The translations under genes were made by a program, and so were the position numbers. The notes below the pieces were generated by a model, which did not search any database, was not told the DNA's origin, and was given only the letters and a program-made list of their open reading frames with translations. 64,000 nucleotides of DNA from Lawsonibacter sp. (GTDB taxonomy: Bacteria > Bacillota > Clostridia > Oscillospirales > Oscillospiraceae): the NCBI GenBank assembly GCA_022795855.1, contig JAAWHL010000001.1, positions 12,478 to 76,477 on the forward strand. Reading direction: 5' to 3'. Within the stretch, counting starts at the first letter, position 1, and each line of letters starts with the position of its first letter. Of this stretch, positions 47,388 to 57,869 are shown one piece after another.

Positions 47388-49847
47388 TCAAAATGGGTTA
47401 AAATCAGCGTAAATGGATACGCCTCGGTTTTCCTTGTCCTGGCTGGCCGCCCGCAGCAGATGGGCGGCCAGCCGGCGCAGGGGCGGGTCGTTTTTGTCCA
47501 TCAGGGTTACGCGGTAGCGAAAGCGGTCGTTCACCTTGGCCACCGCCGCCGGAGCCGGCCCCAGCAGCTGAAAACTGCGGCCCATGGACCGCAGCTGGCT
47601 CTCCAGGGCCCGGCGCAGCCGGGCGCAGGAGCGGAGCACGGCTGCCTCGCTCATCCCGGATGCGGTGAACACCAGCATGTCCCGGAATGGCGGACAGCCC
47701 CTGGCCCGGCGCAGCTGAATCTCCTGCTCGTAAAAGCTGTCGTAGTCCTGGCAGGCGGCAAAGCGGATTACATCGTTGTCCGGGGTGAAGGTCTGAATGA
47801 CCGCCCGCCCCCCCTTGCTCCCCCGTCCGGCCCGGCCGACCACCTGGGTAATCAGGGAAAAGGTACGCTCCCCTGCCCGGAAATCGTCCACATACAGGGA
47901 CAAATCCGCGGCCACCACCCCCACCAGGGTAACATTTTCAAAATCCAGCCCTTTGGCCACCATCTGGGTGCCCACCAGAACGGGGATTCTCTCCTTTTGA
48001 AAGCGGGAGAGAATTTTTTCGTGGGAATTGGCGGCGGAAACAGTATCCGTGTCCATCCGGAGCACCTCCTGCCCCGGGAACAGCTCCTCCAGCTGGCTCT
48101 GGACCCGCTGGGTCCCGGCTCCGATGAAGTTCAGCGCCCCGCCGCAGTCCGGGCAGGCCCCGGGCAGCAACTGGGAGTGGCCGCAGTAGTGGCACATCAG
48201 CCGCCCGTTGGCCGAATGATAGGTCAGATGGACCGAGCACCGGGGACAGGAGGGCACCTGCCCGCACTCCCCGCAGGAGACCATGCTGCTGGCCCCCCGC
48301 CGGTTCAGGAACAGGATGCTCTGCTCCCCACGCTGAAGGTTCTGTACCAGCTCCTCGCGCAGGCGGAAGCTGATGCAGCTGCCGTTGCCCTCCCGCAGGT
48401 CCTCCCGCATATCGGCAATCAGCACCTGGGGCAGGCCTCGCTCGTTGTACCGGCGGCTGAGGGTAAACAGGTGATAGCCGCCCTGCCTGGCCTGATACAT
48501 GGTCTCCACCGCAGGGGTGGCGGAACCCAGCAGCAGCAGGGCGTTCTGCTGGACACAGCGGAATTTCGCCACCTCCCTGGCGTGGTAGCGGGGGGTATTT
48601 TCCGATTTATAGGTGGTCTCCTGCTCCTCGTCCACCACAATCAGCCCCAGATTCTCCAAGGGGGCAAAGACGGCGGAGCGGGTGCCGATTACCACCCGGG
48701 CATCGCCGGAGCGCACCCGTTTCCACTCGTCATACCGCTCGCCGGAGCGCAGAGAGCTGTGCAGGACGGCAATCTGCCCGCCGAACTGGGAGGCAAAGAC
48801 GCGCAGGAGCTGGGGCGTCAGGGAAATCTCGGGCACCAGCACCATAGCGGTGCGCCCCCGGGCGAGAACCCGGTGAATCAGACGGATATACACCTGGGTT
48901 TTGCCGCTGCCCGTCACGCCGTACAGCAGGGCCGCAGCGGCCTGTCCCCCCTCGCACAGGGCGTCCAGGCCGAGAAAAGCCCGCTCCTGCTCCTCATTGA
49001 GTTCCGGGGGCGGAGCGGGCGGCACGCCGTCCAGAGAGACACGGCGCAGCACCTCCTGCCGCTCCTGGGTCAGGATTCCGCTTTTCTCCAGAGAGCGCAG
49101 GGTGGCGGCGGAGGCCCCGGTAAAATAGCACAGCTCCTTTGCCGAAGCCGCGCCCAGGGCGCACAGCAGCTCCGTCACCGCATAGCGCTGGGGGGCGCGC
49201 CGCCGGTTGGGCGCCACCAGAGCCAGCGCCTCCTCCGGGGGCAGGGATAAAACGGCGATTTTCTCCGTCTTGTCCCCCACCGCCCGCTGGGCGCTGGTCT
49301 CCCACTCAGCCAGAGAGAGGTCCGTCAGAATTTTAATGGCGGGATTGGGGTCCCGTGCGCCGAAGGCGGCGCGGATCTGCTCCAGGTCTCCCCTCCCCTT
49401 CCAGGTGAAAAGCATTTCCAGCAGCTGCCCGGCGGCGGGATGGCCCTGAACGGCCCGCTCCGCCTGCTCCCGGTCCAATCCGGCCCGGAGCGCCAGCGTG
49501 TTCCGCATGGAAAAATACAGGCCGGCGGGCAGCATGGCCTTCACCGCGTCATAAACCGTACAGAAATACCGCTCCCGCATCCAAAGGGCCAGGCGCAGCC
49601 CCTCCTCATTCAGCACCGGCCGGTCGTCCAGCTGAGCCAGAACAGCCTTTAGCGGTTTCTCGCCCTCCGGCGGGCGCAGGGCCAGCACCAGGCCGTCGCA
49701 CCGCCGGTTCCCCGCGCCAAAGGGCACCATCACCCGCATTCCGGGCAGGAGGGTGGGCTCCAGCTGAGCGGGGACCAGGTAGTCATAGGGCTTGTCAATG
49801 GCGTAAATTGCCTTGGAAACCGCCACCTTGGCCGTCAGCGTCCCCAT
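47388..49847 (-). CDS. priA: Primosomal protein N'
   Basis: GVTGSGKT, DEEQ, Cys clusters, GRAGR. Confidence 0.96.
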   Translation of the reverse strand: MGTLTAKVAVSKAIYAIDKPYDYLVPAQLEPTLLPGMRVMVPFGAGNRRCDGLVLALRPPEGEKPLKAVLAQLDDRPVLNEEGLRLALWMRERYFCTVYDAVKAMLPAGLYFSMRNTLALRAGLDREQAERAVQGHPAAGQLLEMLFTWKGRGDLEQIRAAFGARDPNPAIKILTDLSLAEWETSAQRAVGDKTEKIAVLSLPPEEALALVAPNRRRAPQRYAVTELLCALGAASAKELCYFTGASAATLRSLEKSGILTQERQEVLRRVSLDGVPPAPPPELNEEQERAFLGLDALCEGGQAAAALLYGVTGSGKTQVYIRLIHRVLARGRTAMVLVPEISLTPQLLRVFASQFGGQIAVLHSSLRSGERYDEWKRVRSGDARVVIGTRSAVFAPLENLGLIVVDEEQETTYKSENTPRYHAREVAKFRCVQQNALLLLGSATPAVETMYQARQGGYHLFTLSRRYNERGLPQVLIADMREDLREGNGSCISFRLREELVQNLQRGEQSILFLNRRGASSMVSCGECGQVPSCPRCSVHLTYHSANGRLMCHYCGHSQLLPGACPDCGGALNFIGAGTQRVQSQLEELFPGQEVLRMDTDTVSAANSHEKILSRFQKERIPVLVGTQMVAKGLDFENVTLVGVVAADLSLYVDDFRAGERTFSLITQVVGRAGRGSKGGRAVIQTFTPDNDVIRFAACQDYDSFYEQEIQLRRARGCPPFRDMLVFTASGMSEAAVLRSCARLRRALESQLRSMGRSFQLLGPAPAAVAKVNDRFRYRVTLMDKNDPPLRRLAAHLLRAASQDKENRGVSIYADFNPF

Positions 49848-49916
49848 TCCGGCCCTCCTCTTCCGTGACAGCGCAACGCAAGCACGGGGCGGGCCCCGGC
49901 TTGCGTTGTCTCAACA

Positions 49917-50111
49917 TTACTGCTCGGACACATCCAGCTCTCCGCTGGCAACCTCGCGGATGGCGATACTGACCGGCTTATCCTCCAGAGGAATGCCGGA
50001 GGTCTCCGACTCGCTGGAAATCTGCCGGGCCCGGCAGGCCACTACATTGACCAGCTGATACCGGCTGGGCACCTTTTCCAGAAGGTCCTTCATAGGGGGA
50101 TTGAGCATCAT
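49917..50111 (-). CDS. rpoZ: RNA polymerase omega subunit
   Basis: SRY.LVNVVA.RARQI, KPVSIAI.E; follows gmk. Confidence 0.9.
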   Translation of the reverse strand: MMLNPPMKDLLEKVPSRYQLVNVVACRARQISSESETSGIPLEDKPVSIAIREVASGELDVSEQ

Positions 50112-50725
50112 AGTGAAAACACTCCTTTTACAAAATTCTCCCGGTTCTCCACACGGCACGCGCAGGCGGTAAGAATCGCCTCAATTTCCTCCACCGCGTG
50201 GGAAACCTTATCGTTGATGACCAAATAGTCGTAGTTTGGAATCTCCTTGAATTCGGTCCGGGCCTTTTCCAGGCGACCGGAGATAACCTCCTCGCCGTCG
50301 GTATTCCGGCCGTGGAGGCGGCGGGACAGCTCCTCAAAGGAGGGCGGGATGATAAAGAGGAAAACCGCCTCAGGGACGCGCCGGCGCACCTTGGCCGCGC
50401 CCTGGACCTCAATATCCAGCAGCACGTCGATGCCGGCGGCCAGCTTATCCTGAATGACCTTCAGGGAGGTGCCGTAATAATTGCCCACGTACTGGGCATA
50501 CTCCAGCAGCTCGTCCCCGTCAATCATCCGCTCAAACTCCTGGCGGGTGATAAAATGATAGTTGACTCCGTCCTGCTCCCCTACCCGGGGCGTGCGGGTG
50601 GTATAGGACACGGAAAAATAGATGTCCCGCCGCTGGCCCAGAAGCTCGGCGATGACCGTGCTTTTCCCCACACCGGAGGGGCCGGACAGCACAATCAGCT
50701 GTCCCCGCTGCTTTTTTGGCGTCAT
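50108..50725 (-). CDS. gmk: Guanylate kinase
   Basis: [21 protein letters not shown]. Confidence 0.96.
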   Translation of the reverse strand: MTPKKQRGQLIVLSGPSGVGKSTVIAELLGQRRDIYFSVSYTTRTPRVGEQDGVNYHFITRQEFERMIDGDELLEYAQYVGNYYGTSLKVIQDKLAAGIDVLLDIEVQGAAKVRRRVPEAVFLFIIPPSFEELSRRLHGRNTDGEEVISGRLEKARTEFKEIPNYDYLVINDKVSHAVEEIEAILTACACRVENRENFVKGVFSL

Positions 50726-50988
50726 TCCTCTTCCTCCTCCTCTGCGGGCCCGTCCTGGCCCGAGATGCGGTTGGCCACCGTCTCCGGCTGAAGGGCCGAG
50801 AGCACCAGATGGTCGTTGTCCATAATCAGCACCGCCCGGGTGCGCCGGCCGTAGGTTGCGTCGATGAGCACGCCACTGTCCCGGGCTTCCTGAACCATGC
50901 GCTTGATGGGGGCGGAATCCGGGCTGACAATGGCAATCAGCCGCCCGGCGGAGACCATGTTGCCAAACCCGATGTTAATCAGCTTCAT
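50722..50988 (-). CDS. remA: RemA/DUF370 family protein
   Basis: [25 protein letters not shown]. Confidence 0.92.
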   Translation of the reverse strand: MKLINIGFGNMVSAGRLIAIVSPDSAPIKRMVQEARDSGVLIDATYGRRTRAVLIMDNDHLVLSALQPETVANRISGQDGPAEEEEEE

Positions 50989-51021
50989 CCCTGCGCTCCT
51001 TCCTCCTGACGGCGGTCGGCG

Positions 51022-51900
51022 TCACTCGATATTCTGCACCTGCTCCCGGATTTTTTCAATTTCCGCCTTGATATCCACCACCTGGCGGGAAATCTCCAGG
51101 TCGCTGCACTTGGAACCGATGGTGTTGGCCTCCCGGTTGAACTCCTGAATCAGAAAGTCCATTTTCCGTCCGACGGCCCCGCCGCCGGCCAGCATCTCCC
51201 GCAGCTGGGCGATGTGGCTGCGCAGGCGGACGGTCTCCTCATCCACCGCCTCCTTGTCGGCAAAAATCGCCGCCTCAGTCAAAACCCGTGCGGGGTCCAG
51301 CTGGGCGCCGGCCAGCACCTCCCGCATCCGCTCCTCCAGACGGAGGCGGTACTCAGACACCGTCTGGGGGGAGCGGCGCTCCACCTGGGACACCAGCTCC
51401 TCGATGACGGCGGCGCGGGCGGTGATATCCTCCCACAGGCGCCGGCCCTCCCGGGTCCGCATCCGGTCAAAATCCGCCAGGGCCAGGTCCAGCACGGCGC
51501 AGATATCCCGGGCCACCGCCTCCGCGTCCTCCTGGGCCTTCTCCACCAGCAGTACGTCGGGGAACCGGGCCAGCACCGAGGCGGACAGGTCCTCCTGCAG
51601 TCCGTAGGTCCGGGCCAGCTCCCGCAGGGCGGCGCAGTAGCCATCGGCCACGCTGCGGTTCACCGCAACCTGCATCTGTTCGGCTGCGCTGGCATCCAGC
51701 GTAATAAACACATCTACCTTGCCCCGGGAGATGGCGGCCTTCACCCGCGACTTAATCTCCTCCTCGGCAAAGAGGTACAGCCGGGGCATCCGCACCGAGC
51801 AGTCCAGGTAGCGGTTGTTGACGCTGCGCAGCTCCACGGTGATTTTCCGGTTTTGGAGCGTCTGCTCCGCCCGGCCGTATCCGGTCATACTCTTAATCAT
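51022..51900 (-). CDS. yicC: YicC/YloC family endoribonuclease
   Basis: SMTGYG, SVNNRYLD, QEFNREANTIGSK, EKIREQVQNIE. Confidence 0.95.
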   Translation of the reverse strand: MIKSMTGYGRAEQTLQNRKITVELRSVNNRYLDCSVRMPRLYLFAEEEIKSRVKAAISRGKVDVFITLDASAAEQMQVAVNRSVADGYCAALRELARTYGLQEDLSASVLARFPDVLLVEKAQEDAEAVARDICAVLDLALADFDRMRTREGRRLWEDITARAAVIEELVSQVERRSPQTVSEYRLRLEERMREVLAGAQLDPARVLTEAAIFADKEAVDEETVRLRSHIAQLREMLAGGGAVGRKMDFLIQEFNREANTIGSKCSDLEISRQVVDIKAEIEKIREQVQNIE

Positions 51901-51920
51901 GGGCGTCACTCCCTATCGCT

Positions 51921-52469
51921 TTATTGTCCCCTCCGGCCGCCGGAACCTTTGGAAAAGCGTCCGGACAGACCGAAAATCAGCCGGGAAAGGCCGATATCAT
52001 AGATGAGAAACACGCTGTTCCCCGCCAGCCATACCGCCCAGGGCCGCTCCATCCAGGCCGGCAGGCCGGGGAGCAGCAGGGCTTTGAGGAAAAACCAGAA
52101 GACCGCCAGAACAAGATTGAAATAGGCCAGCTTGCACAGCCAGCACAGGGCCTGCCCTCTGAACCCCTCAAACCGGCTCTTCAAAACGGGATAAAGTCCA
52201 AAAAACGACAGGTACAGCAGGGCAGCTCCCTTGTCTGGCAGGAAAATCAGGGCCAGCAGGCTGGAGGCCGCCCAGCAGAGGTAGCCCGCAGTCCGTCCCG
52301 CCGCCATCACCGCCGCCATGGGAAACAGCCCGGCCGCCGCGTTCAGCCCCAGCCGCCCCGCTGGAGAGAGACAGGCCAGCCACAAAAAAGCCATGCTGCC
52401 CGCGGCCAGCACACCTGCCAGCGCGGTGGCGGTACGGACATGCCCCGGAGACCGGCTGCGCCGCGCCAT
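51921..52469 (-). CDS. Conserved hypothetical membrane protein
   Basis: Multi-TM; FFGLYPVLK, KLAYFN, FLIYD. Confidence 0.75.
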   Translation of the reverse strand: MARRSRSPGHVRTATALAGVLAAGSMAFLWLACLSPAGRLGLNAAAGLFPMAAVMAAGRTAGYLCWAASSLLALIFLPDKGAALLYLSFFGLYPVLKSRFEGFRGQALCWLCKLAYFNLVLAVFWFFLKALLLPGLPAWMERPWAVWLAGNSVFLIYDIGLSRLIFGLSGRFSKGSGGRRGQ

Positions 52470-52470
52470 A

Positions 52471-53091
52471 TCAGCACCTGCCTCCGCCGCAGCACAGGTT
52501 CATGCACATCAGCGTCGTGCAGCAGTCGCAGGCATCGATTCCGCCGCCGGCGTAGCCGTAGGGCTGGTATGCCTGCCCACCCTGGCGGGACATGACCAGC
52601 GCCTGGCGGTATTCCATGTTGTTGGGCTCCATCTGCACGGCGATGGTATAGTTCTGCATGGCCTCGTCCAGCCAGCCCTTCCGATAGGCGATGCTTCCCG
52701 TCAGGAAGTACCACTCCCCGTTCCGCTGGCCCACCTCGGAGAGAATGCGCTCCGCGCCCTGCAAATCTCCGGAATTGATGAGATTGCGCACCCGGACATA
52801 GGTGGGGTTGGAGGACGCACCGCCGTACTGCTGCTGTCCGTACTGCTGCTGCTGGTAGTTTGCCTGATAGCCGCCGCCTCCATAGGAGGACTGTCCGCCT
52901 CCGCTCCGCTGGCGGGTAATGGCGTCGTAGGCCTCGTTGATCTCCTTCATCTTCTCCTCAGCCAGGTCCGCCAGGGGGTTGTTCTGATAGTTGTCCGGAT
53001 GGTATTTGCGGGCCAGCTCCCGATAAGCCTTTTTAATCTCCTCGTCGCTGGCGTTGGCGCTGACACCCAGTACGCTGTACGGATCTTTCAT
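52471..53091 (-). CDS. J-domain protein with TPR-like helix pair and Cys-rich C-terminus
   Basis: [13 protein letters not shown]; G/Y/Q linker; P.N.EY; terminal CDCC...C..LCC. Confidence 0.88.
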   Translation of the reverse strand: MKDPYSVLGVSANASDEEIKKAYRELARKYHPDNYQNNPLADLAEEKMKEINEAYDAITRQRSGGGQSSYGGGGYQANYQQQQYGQQQYGGASSNPTYVRVRNLINSGDLQGAERILSEVGQRNGEWYFLTGSIAYRKGWLDEAMQNYTIAVQMEPNNMEYRQALVMSRQGGQAYQPYGYAGGGIDACDCCTTLMCMNLCCGGGRC

Positions 53092-53960
53092 GCGTCTGTT
53101 CTCCAAATCTTTTGTTTTTTTATCTGTTTCCAGCTTCCGTCAAACACGGCGCGCTGAACCAGGGGAAGGCCGAGATAGAGGATATTCTCCACCGCCGCCG
53201 TCCGGCAGCCCAAGTCCAGCACGCAGAAGGCGGAGCGGGCCATGTTCAGGGAGTGCTCCAGCGTCGCGCCCAGAGCCTGGTCATCCCCCTGGGGGCCGAA
53301 GCGCAGGACCAGGGGGTTGTAGCGTCCCCTCTTCCGGTCCTCCTCCAGGTCATCCCGGGCATCCGTCAAGTAAATCCAGCGGCCCAGGTGGTAGAGCAGC
53401 AGCTCCACAGGCCGGTCCCGTCCGGGGTTTCCGGTGGGCGGCGCGGCGGCCTGGAGCAGACGGGCAAAGGCGTCCGCCGTGCGGTCCATGGAGGGACAGC
53501 CCTCTTTCTCCAGCTCCGCCAGCTCGCCCAGGCAGCGGACGGCCGTCCGGTCAAAGCCGGGGCGCTGCTTCGCCGCCCTCCGATAGGCCGGCCCCAGCAG
53601 CCAGGACAGCAGCCGGGCGGGCAGTCCGCCCCAGAAGCCGTCGTCCCGAACGCTGTCCCGCAGCTTCCAATAGGTCAGTATCACGCACTCATCCGCCGCC
53701 GCCTCCAGCTCCGGGGACTCGGGGCACATGGGAATCCGCCGGAACGGGTTGGCGTGGCAGCGGCCCCGGCATGGGGTGAAGCGATCCTCGGCGGGGGCGA
53801 GCAGCAGCGCCAGAAAGGTAAAGTCAAAATTCAGAATCATGGGGGCCAGCAGGCCGTACCGCCGGCGCAGAGTCCGGCAAAGCCCGCAGTAGGTGTTGCG
53901 GTAAAGGTCAAAGTCTTTACACTTCAGCTCGTCCCTTACCGGCCTGACATAGCCGAACAC
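53088..53960 (-). CDS. DUF5685-like protein
   Basis: MFGYVRP, YCGLC, D...DLEED..G.YNP; stop overlaps the J-protein start (ATGA). Confidence 0.8.
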   Translation of the reverse strand: MFGYVRPVRDELKCKDFDLYRNTYCGLCRTLRRRYGLLAPMILNFDFTFLALLLAPAEDRFTPCRGRCHANPFRRIPMCPESPELEAAADECVILTYWKLRDSVRDDGFWGGLPARLLSWLLGPAYRRAAKQRPGFDRTAVRCLGELAELEKEGCPSMDRTADAFARLLQAAAPPTGNPGRDRPVELLLYHLGRWIYLTDARDDLEEDRKRGRYNPLVLRFGPQGDDQALGATLEHSLNMARSAFCVLDLGCRTAAVENILYLGLPLVQRAVFDGSWKQIKKQKIWRTDA

Positions 53961-53964
53961 CCGC

Positions 53965-54378
53965 TCAGCCCAGCCGGGAGAGGACCACGAATTCCGGCCC
54001 CTTCCGCCGGGTGACGGCCCGGTTCAGGAGGACCGCCGGAACAAAGCCGGCCAGCACCCCCAGGAACCCCATGCCGATGGATCCCAGTTCCCCCAGCGTC
54101 AAAGCCTGTCCCAGGAAATAGCCCAGCATCAGACCCACGCAGGGCAGAACATAGACCACCACCGCCACGCCGATCGAGCTGCCCGCCACGCTCTCCACCT
54201 CTACCCGGTCGCCCACCCGGGCGCCCACGGTGTTGGCGGCCAAGGCCAAAAGCTCGGTTCCCGGCTTTTGTGGGCAGCCGCCGCAGTTGTCACAGTTTTT
54301 GCAGTCCATCTGGCGCAGAAGCGCCACCTGGACCACCTGCTCGCTGATGATATTTTTCACAATTGCGCTCTGACTCAT
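53965..54378 (-). CDS. RseC/MucC (SoxR-reducing system) family protein
   Basis: CxxCxxCxxC cluster, GDRVEV, two C-terminal TMs; GGAGG RBS. Confidence 0.8.
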   Translation of the reverse strand: MSQSAIVKNIISEQVVQVALLRQMDCKNCDNCGGCPQKPGTELLALAANTVGARVGDRVEVESVAGSSIGVAVVVYVLPCVGLMLGYFLGQALTLGELGSIGMGFLGVLAGFVPAVLLNRAVTRRKGPEFVVLSRLG

Positions 54379-54401
54379 GGAAAAAGGCCTCCAAAAACAG
54401 G

Positions 54402-55640
54402 TTAAGTGATGTCCACCACAATCCGGTATTCCCCAATCACGCCCACGTCCTTGGACGCGTTCAGATAGACCCGCACCGGGACAGTACACTGGCCGGTGGA
54501 GGTAATCTCCGTCAGGTCAGCCACAATGCGGATTTGACTGGCGTCCACCTGGTCCAGCGCCTCCCGCCGGCCCCGCAGCACAACGGGGCATTCCTGGGTC
54601 ACAGCCACCGCCGTGCGCCCCGCCGGGGGCTCGATGTCAATATTGGTGACGCTCAGGGACTTGGTATCCAGATTGCTGACGGTGACGGTGACGGTGGCCT
54701 GGGTGGTGCCGCTGACATTCTCCAGCCGGGGATCCAGGTCGATGGGGAAGGTAAAGGTGCTGACCCCTACCACCTTGGCCAGATTCACGTTTCCCACGAA
54801 GATTTCCGTCAGCTCCTCCATATCGCTCTTCTCCCCGGAAATCGTGATGGTCTCCGGGAAAATGATGTGTCCGTATACGTCATGGTCATCCGCGTCCACG
54901 CCGCCGCCGCTGGTAAAGCTGACCCGCAGAGGCACAGTCTTCACCACCACCACAGGCAGGGTGATGTAGACCGTGTCGGTGCTCAGCGTCACATCCAGGT
55001 CCTGAAGCTCGTTTCCGTCCTTGTCCAGCAGGGTCAGCGGAACGTCGCCGGATACCCGGTCGGTCAGATCAGAGCCCTGGAGCACCGCCTCCACCCGGTC
55101 CACCTGGCTGACCTGGTCGGCCGCGCCGCTGATGAGCACAGTCTCCTGGCTGATGGACCAGCTGCCCGCCTGGTAGCCGGCGGCAATGCTGCCCTCCAGC
55201 CGGGGTTCGATGGTAAAGGACTTGGAGGCCAGCTGTTCCACTACGACGGTGATTTCCAGGGGCAGGCGCTCATTGACGGTTACATCGCTGACCACCACAT
55301 TGGAGGGATAGTTCAGCCGGTAGGACAGCTGGTACTCCCCCGGAGCGGAGCACCGGGACACGTCCAGGGTGATGGTCATATTGTCCTGCATCCGCTCAAA
55401 CTGGCTCAGGGGGGCGCTGACCCGCAGGGATACCGTGTCATGGGAGACGGACCGCACCGTCAGGCCCTGGGCCTCCAGCATCTGCTCCCCGTCCACGGAC
55501 ACCGGAATGTTCCGGATGGTGCCGGTGCGGACCGGGTCCTCCGTTTGGCGGACGAACAGCCAGAAAATGGTGGCCAGCACGATAGAGAACAGGATATAGC
55601 TCCACCGGCTCTCCTTCAGAACTCGCATCAGTTCCTTCAC
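54402..55640 (-). CDS. cdaR: CdaR/YbbR-repeat membrane protein
   Basis: N-terminal TM then YbbR-like beta repeats (V.I.G); overlaps cdaA stop. Confidence 0.88.
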   Translation of the reverse strand: MKELMRVLKESRWSYILFSIVLATIFWLFVRQTEDPVRTGTIRNIPVSVDGEQMLEAQGLTVRSVSHDTVSLRVSAPLSQFERMQDNMTITLDVSRCSAPGEYQLSYRLNYPSNVVVSDVTVNERLPLEITVVVEQLASKSFTIEPRLEGSIAAGYQAGSWSISQETVLISGAADQVSQVDRVEAVLQGSDLTDRVSGDVPLTLLDKDGNELQDLDVTLSTDTVYITLPVVVVKTVPLRVSFTSGGGVDADDHDVYGHIIFPETITISGEKSDMEELTEIFVGNVNLAKVVGVSTFTFPIDLDPRLENVSGTTQATVTVTVSNLDTKSLSVTNIDIEPPAGRTAVAVTQECPVVLRGRREALDQVDASQIRIVADLTEITSTGQCTVPVRVYLNASKDVGVIGEYRIVVDIT

Positions 55641-56527
55641 TCCTCGTCCTCCCCCTTCCGGCCCCGGTTAAACAGGATAGACAGCAGAGGCAGTGCGCCC
55701 TTCTCCCCTTCCTGGCTGTCGGCCATCAGCTCGTTGCGCAGAAGGCGCTCCAGCGTCTCGGGGGCCAGATGGCGCTTGAGCATCCCGCCTACGGCGGCGG
55801 AGATGGACCCGGTCTCCTCAGAGACGATGACCACCACCGCGTCGGAGTGCTCGCTCATGCCGATGCCGGCCCGGTGGCGCATCCCCAGGTCCCTGCTGAG
55901 GTTTACATTGCTGGACAGGGGCAGCATACAGCCCGCCCCGATAATCCGGCCGTTCCGGACAATAACCGCCCCGTCGTGGAGCGGGGCCTTGTTCCAGAAA
56001 ATGTTTTTCAGCAGCTCGCTGGACACGCCGCAGTCCAAAGCGGTCCCCGTCTTTACCACATCGTCCAGAAGGTTGCTGCGCTCGAACACCATCAGCGCCC
56101 CCACCTTGTCCCGGGACATGGACTCGTAGGCCTCCACTGTCTGGACGACGGCGGTTTCCATGTCATGGACGGAAACCGCATTTTGGGAGAATATGCTGCC
56201 GATGCCCAGCGCGCTGTTTCCGATGCGTTCCAGAAAGCGGCGCAGTTCCGGCTGGAAGAGCACCACCAGCACGACGACGCCCCATTCCAGCACCTTGTTC
56301 AGCAGGTAGGTGGTGGCATACAGCCGGAAGGCAAAGCACAGGGACATCATGGCAACAAGAATCAGAATGCCCCGCAGAACCCGGCCGGAGCTGGTCTTGC
56401 GCACCATCCACAGCAGCCGGTATATGACAAAGGACAAAAGGGCGATGTCCACCAGGTCGCTGAGCTGTACCGTATTCCATATGCTCTCTATCGCCGACAA
56501 CAGGTTTTCAATCAGGGCCATTCCCAT
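55637..56527 (-). CDS. cdaA: Diadenylate cyclase CdaA/DacA
   Basis: Three N-terminal TMs, PLHDGA, GMRHRA; GGGAGG RBS before ATG 56527. Confidence 0.95.
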   Translation of the reverse strand: MGMALIENLLSAIESIWNTVQLSDLVDIALLSFVIYRLLWMVRKTSSGRVLRGILILVAMMSLCFAFRLYATTYLLNKVLEWGVVVLVVLFQPELRRFLERIGNSALGIGSIFSQNAVSVHDMETAVVQTVEAYESMSRDKVGALMVFERSNLLDDVVKTGTALDCGVSSELLKNIFWNKAPLHDGAVIVRNGRIIGAGCMLPLSSNVNLSRDLGMRHRAGIGMSEHSDAVVVIVSEETGSISAAVGGMLKRHLAPETLERLLRNELMADSQEGEKGALPLLSILFNRGRKGEDEE

Positions 56528-56579
56528 GGTATCCCTCCCACTGCCAAAATAAACGGGCAGCCGTTTGCTTATCTTGATT

Positions 56580-56608
56580 ATTATACGATATTCCCGGACG
56601 GTTGGCAA
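56580..56608 (-). promoter_or_regulatory. Sigma-A promoter of the cdaA operon
   Basis: TTGCCA-17 bp-TATAAT on the minus strand. Confidence 0.7.
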
Positions 56609-56744
56609 CATGTTACTGGAAGGAAAGAATGAATTTTTCCTGAAATTTTTCCGCTGTCTCCTATGAAAAACCGCCAAACCGCCTACGGCCCCGCGCAAAA
56701 ATTGCTCCGGAACCAAATGTTCCGGAGCAGCTTTTCGGTTGCTT

Positions 56745-57869
56745 TCAGCGGATCAGCCGCCGCATCTCCTGAAGAAAGCGGCTGACGTCCCCGGCTGTGG
56801 TAAAGGCGGACACGCTGAGGCGCACCGTACCCGATTCCAGGGTGCCGGCGCTCTGGTGGGCCAGCGGAGCGCAGTGGAGTCCAGCGCGCACCGCCACCCC
56901 CCGCCGGGCCAGGGCCTCCCCCAGCTCCTCGCAGTCCCACCCGTTCTGCCGCAGGGACAGCACCCCTGCCTGGACCCCAGGCTCCCGGCCCGCAAAGACC
57001 TCCGCCCCGGTCAGCCCGCTCAGCCCGGACGCAAGTCTGCGAATCAGCGCGGCCTCGTGGCGTTCAATGCGGTCCAGCCCCTTGGCCCGGACAAAGCGCA
57101 GCCCCTCCAGCAGCCCGGCGATGCCCGGCATGTTGTGAGTACCGGCCTCCAGCCGGTCGGGCAGGTAGCCGGGCATCTCCTGCCGCTTGGATTCGCTGCC
57201 CGTTCCGCCTGCCAGCAGCGGCTGGGGCAGGGTGCTTCCGCACAGCAGAAGGCCGGTCCCTTGGGGGCCGTAGAGCCCCTTGTGCCCCGGCATGGCGATA
57301 AAGGCAGCCCCCAGCTCCTCCATGGAAACCGGCAGGCACCCGGCCGACTGGGATGCGTCCACAATCAGGGGCACCCCCCGTTCCCGGCACAGCCGGGCAA
57401 TTCCCTCCACCGGCAGGATGAATCCGAAGACATTGGAGACGTGGGTGGTAACCGCCAGGGATACCTCCGGCGTCAGCAGCCGGTCAAAGTCCTCCAGAAC
57501 GGCGGCCTGGTCAAACAGCTGCCCCCGGGCTATTTTGACGGTGACGTCCGGGATGGCGTGGAGCGGCCGGGTCACCGCGTTGTGCTCATAGCCGGAGATG
57601 AGCACCGTGCTCCCCGGCGCCGCCAAGGTGCGGATGGCAATATTCAGCCCATGGGTGGCGCTGCTGGTGAACACCACCTGAGCCGGGTCCGCCACGGAAA
57701 ACAGGCGGGCGGCCTCCTCCCGGCAGGCAAAGGCCGCCGCTGCCGCCGCCATGGCGGGGGGATGGCCGCCGCGTCCCGGCGTGGCCATGGTGCGGATGGC
57801 CCCGGCCGCCGCCCGGGCCACCGCCGGCGGCTTCTGAAGCGTCGTCGCCGCGCTGTCCAGATAAATCAC
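56745..57869 (-). CDS. Class V PLP aminotransferase / cysteine desulfurase-like
   Basis: IYLDSAATT, EHNAV, VDASQSAG, GHKGLYGPQG, RAGLHCAP; GTG 57869 overlaps the upstream stop. Confidence 0.9.
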   Translation of the reverse strand: MIYLDSAATTLQKPPAVARAAAGAIRTMATPGRGGHPPAMAAAAAAFACREEAARLFSVADPAQVVFTSSATHGLNIAIRTLAAPGSTVLISGYEHNAVTRPLHAIPDVTVKIARGQLFDQAAVLEDFDRLLTPEVSLAVTTHVSNVFGFILPVEGIARLCRERGVPLIVDASQSAGCLPVSMEELGAAFIAMPGHKGLYGPQGTGLLLCGSTLPQPLLAGGTGSESKRQEMPGYLPDRLEAGTHNMPGIAGLLEGLRFVRAKGLDRIERHEAALIRRLASGLSGLTGAEVFAGREPGVQAGVLSLRQNGWDCEELGEALARRGVAVRAGLHCAPLAHQSAGTLESGTVRLSVSAFTTAGDVSRFLQEMRRLIR

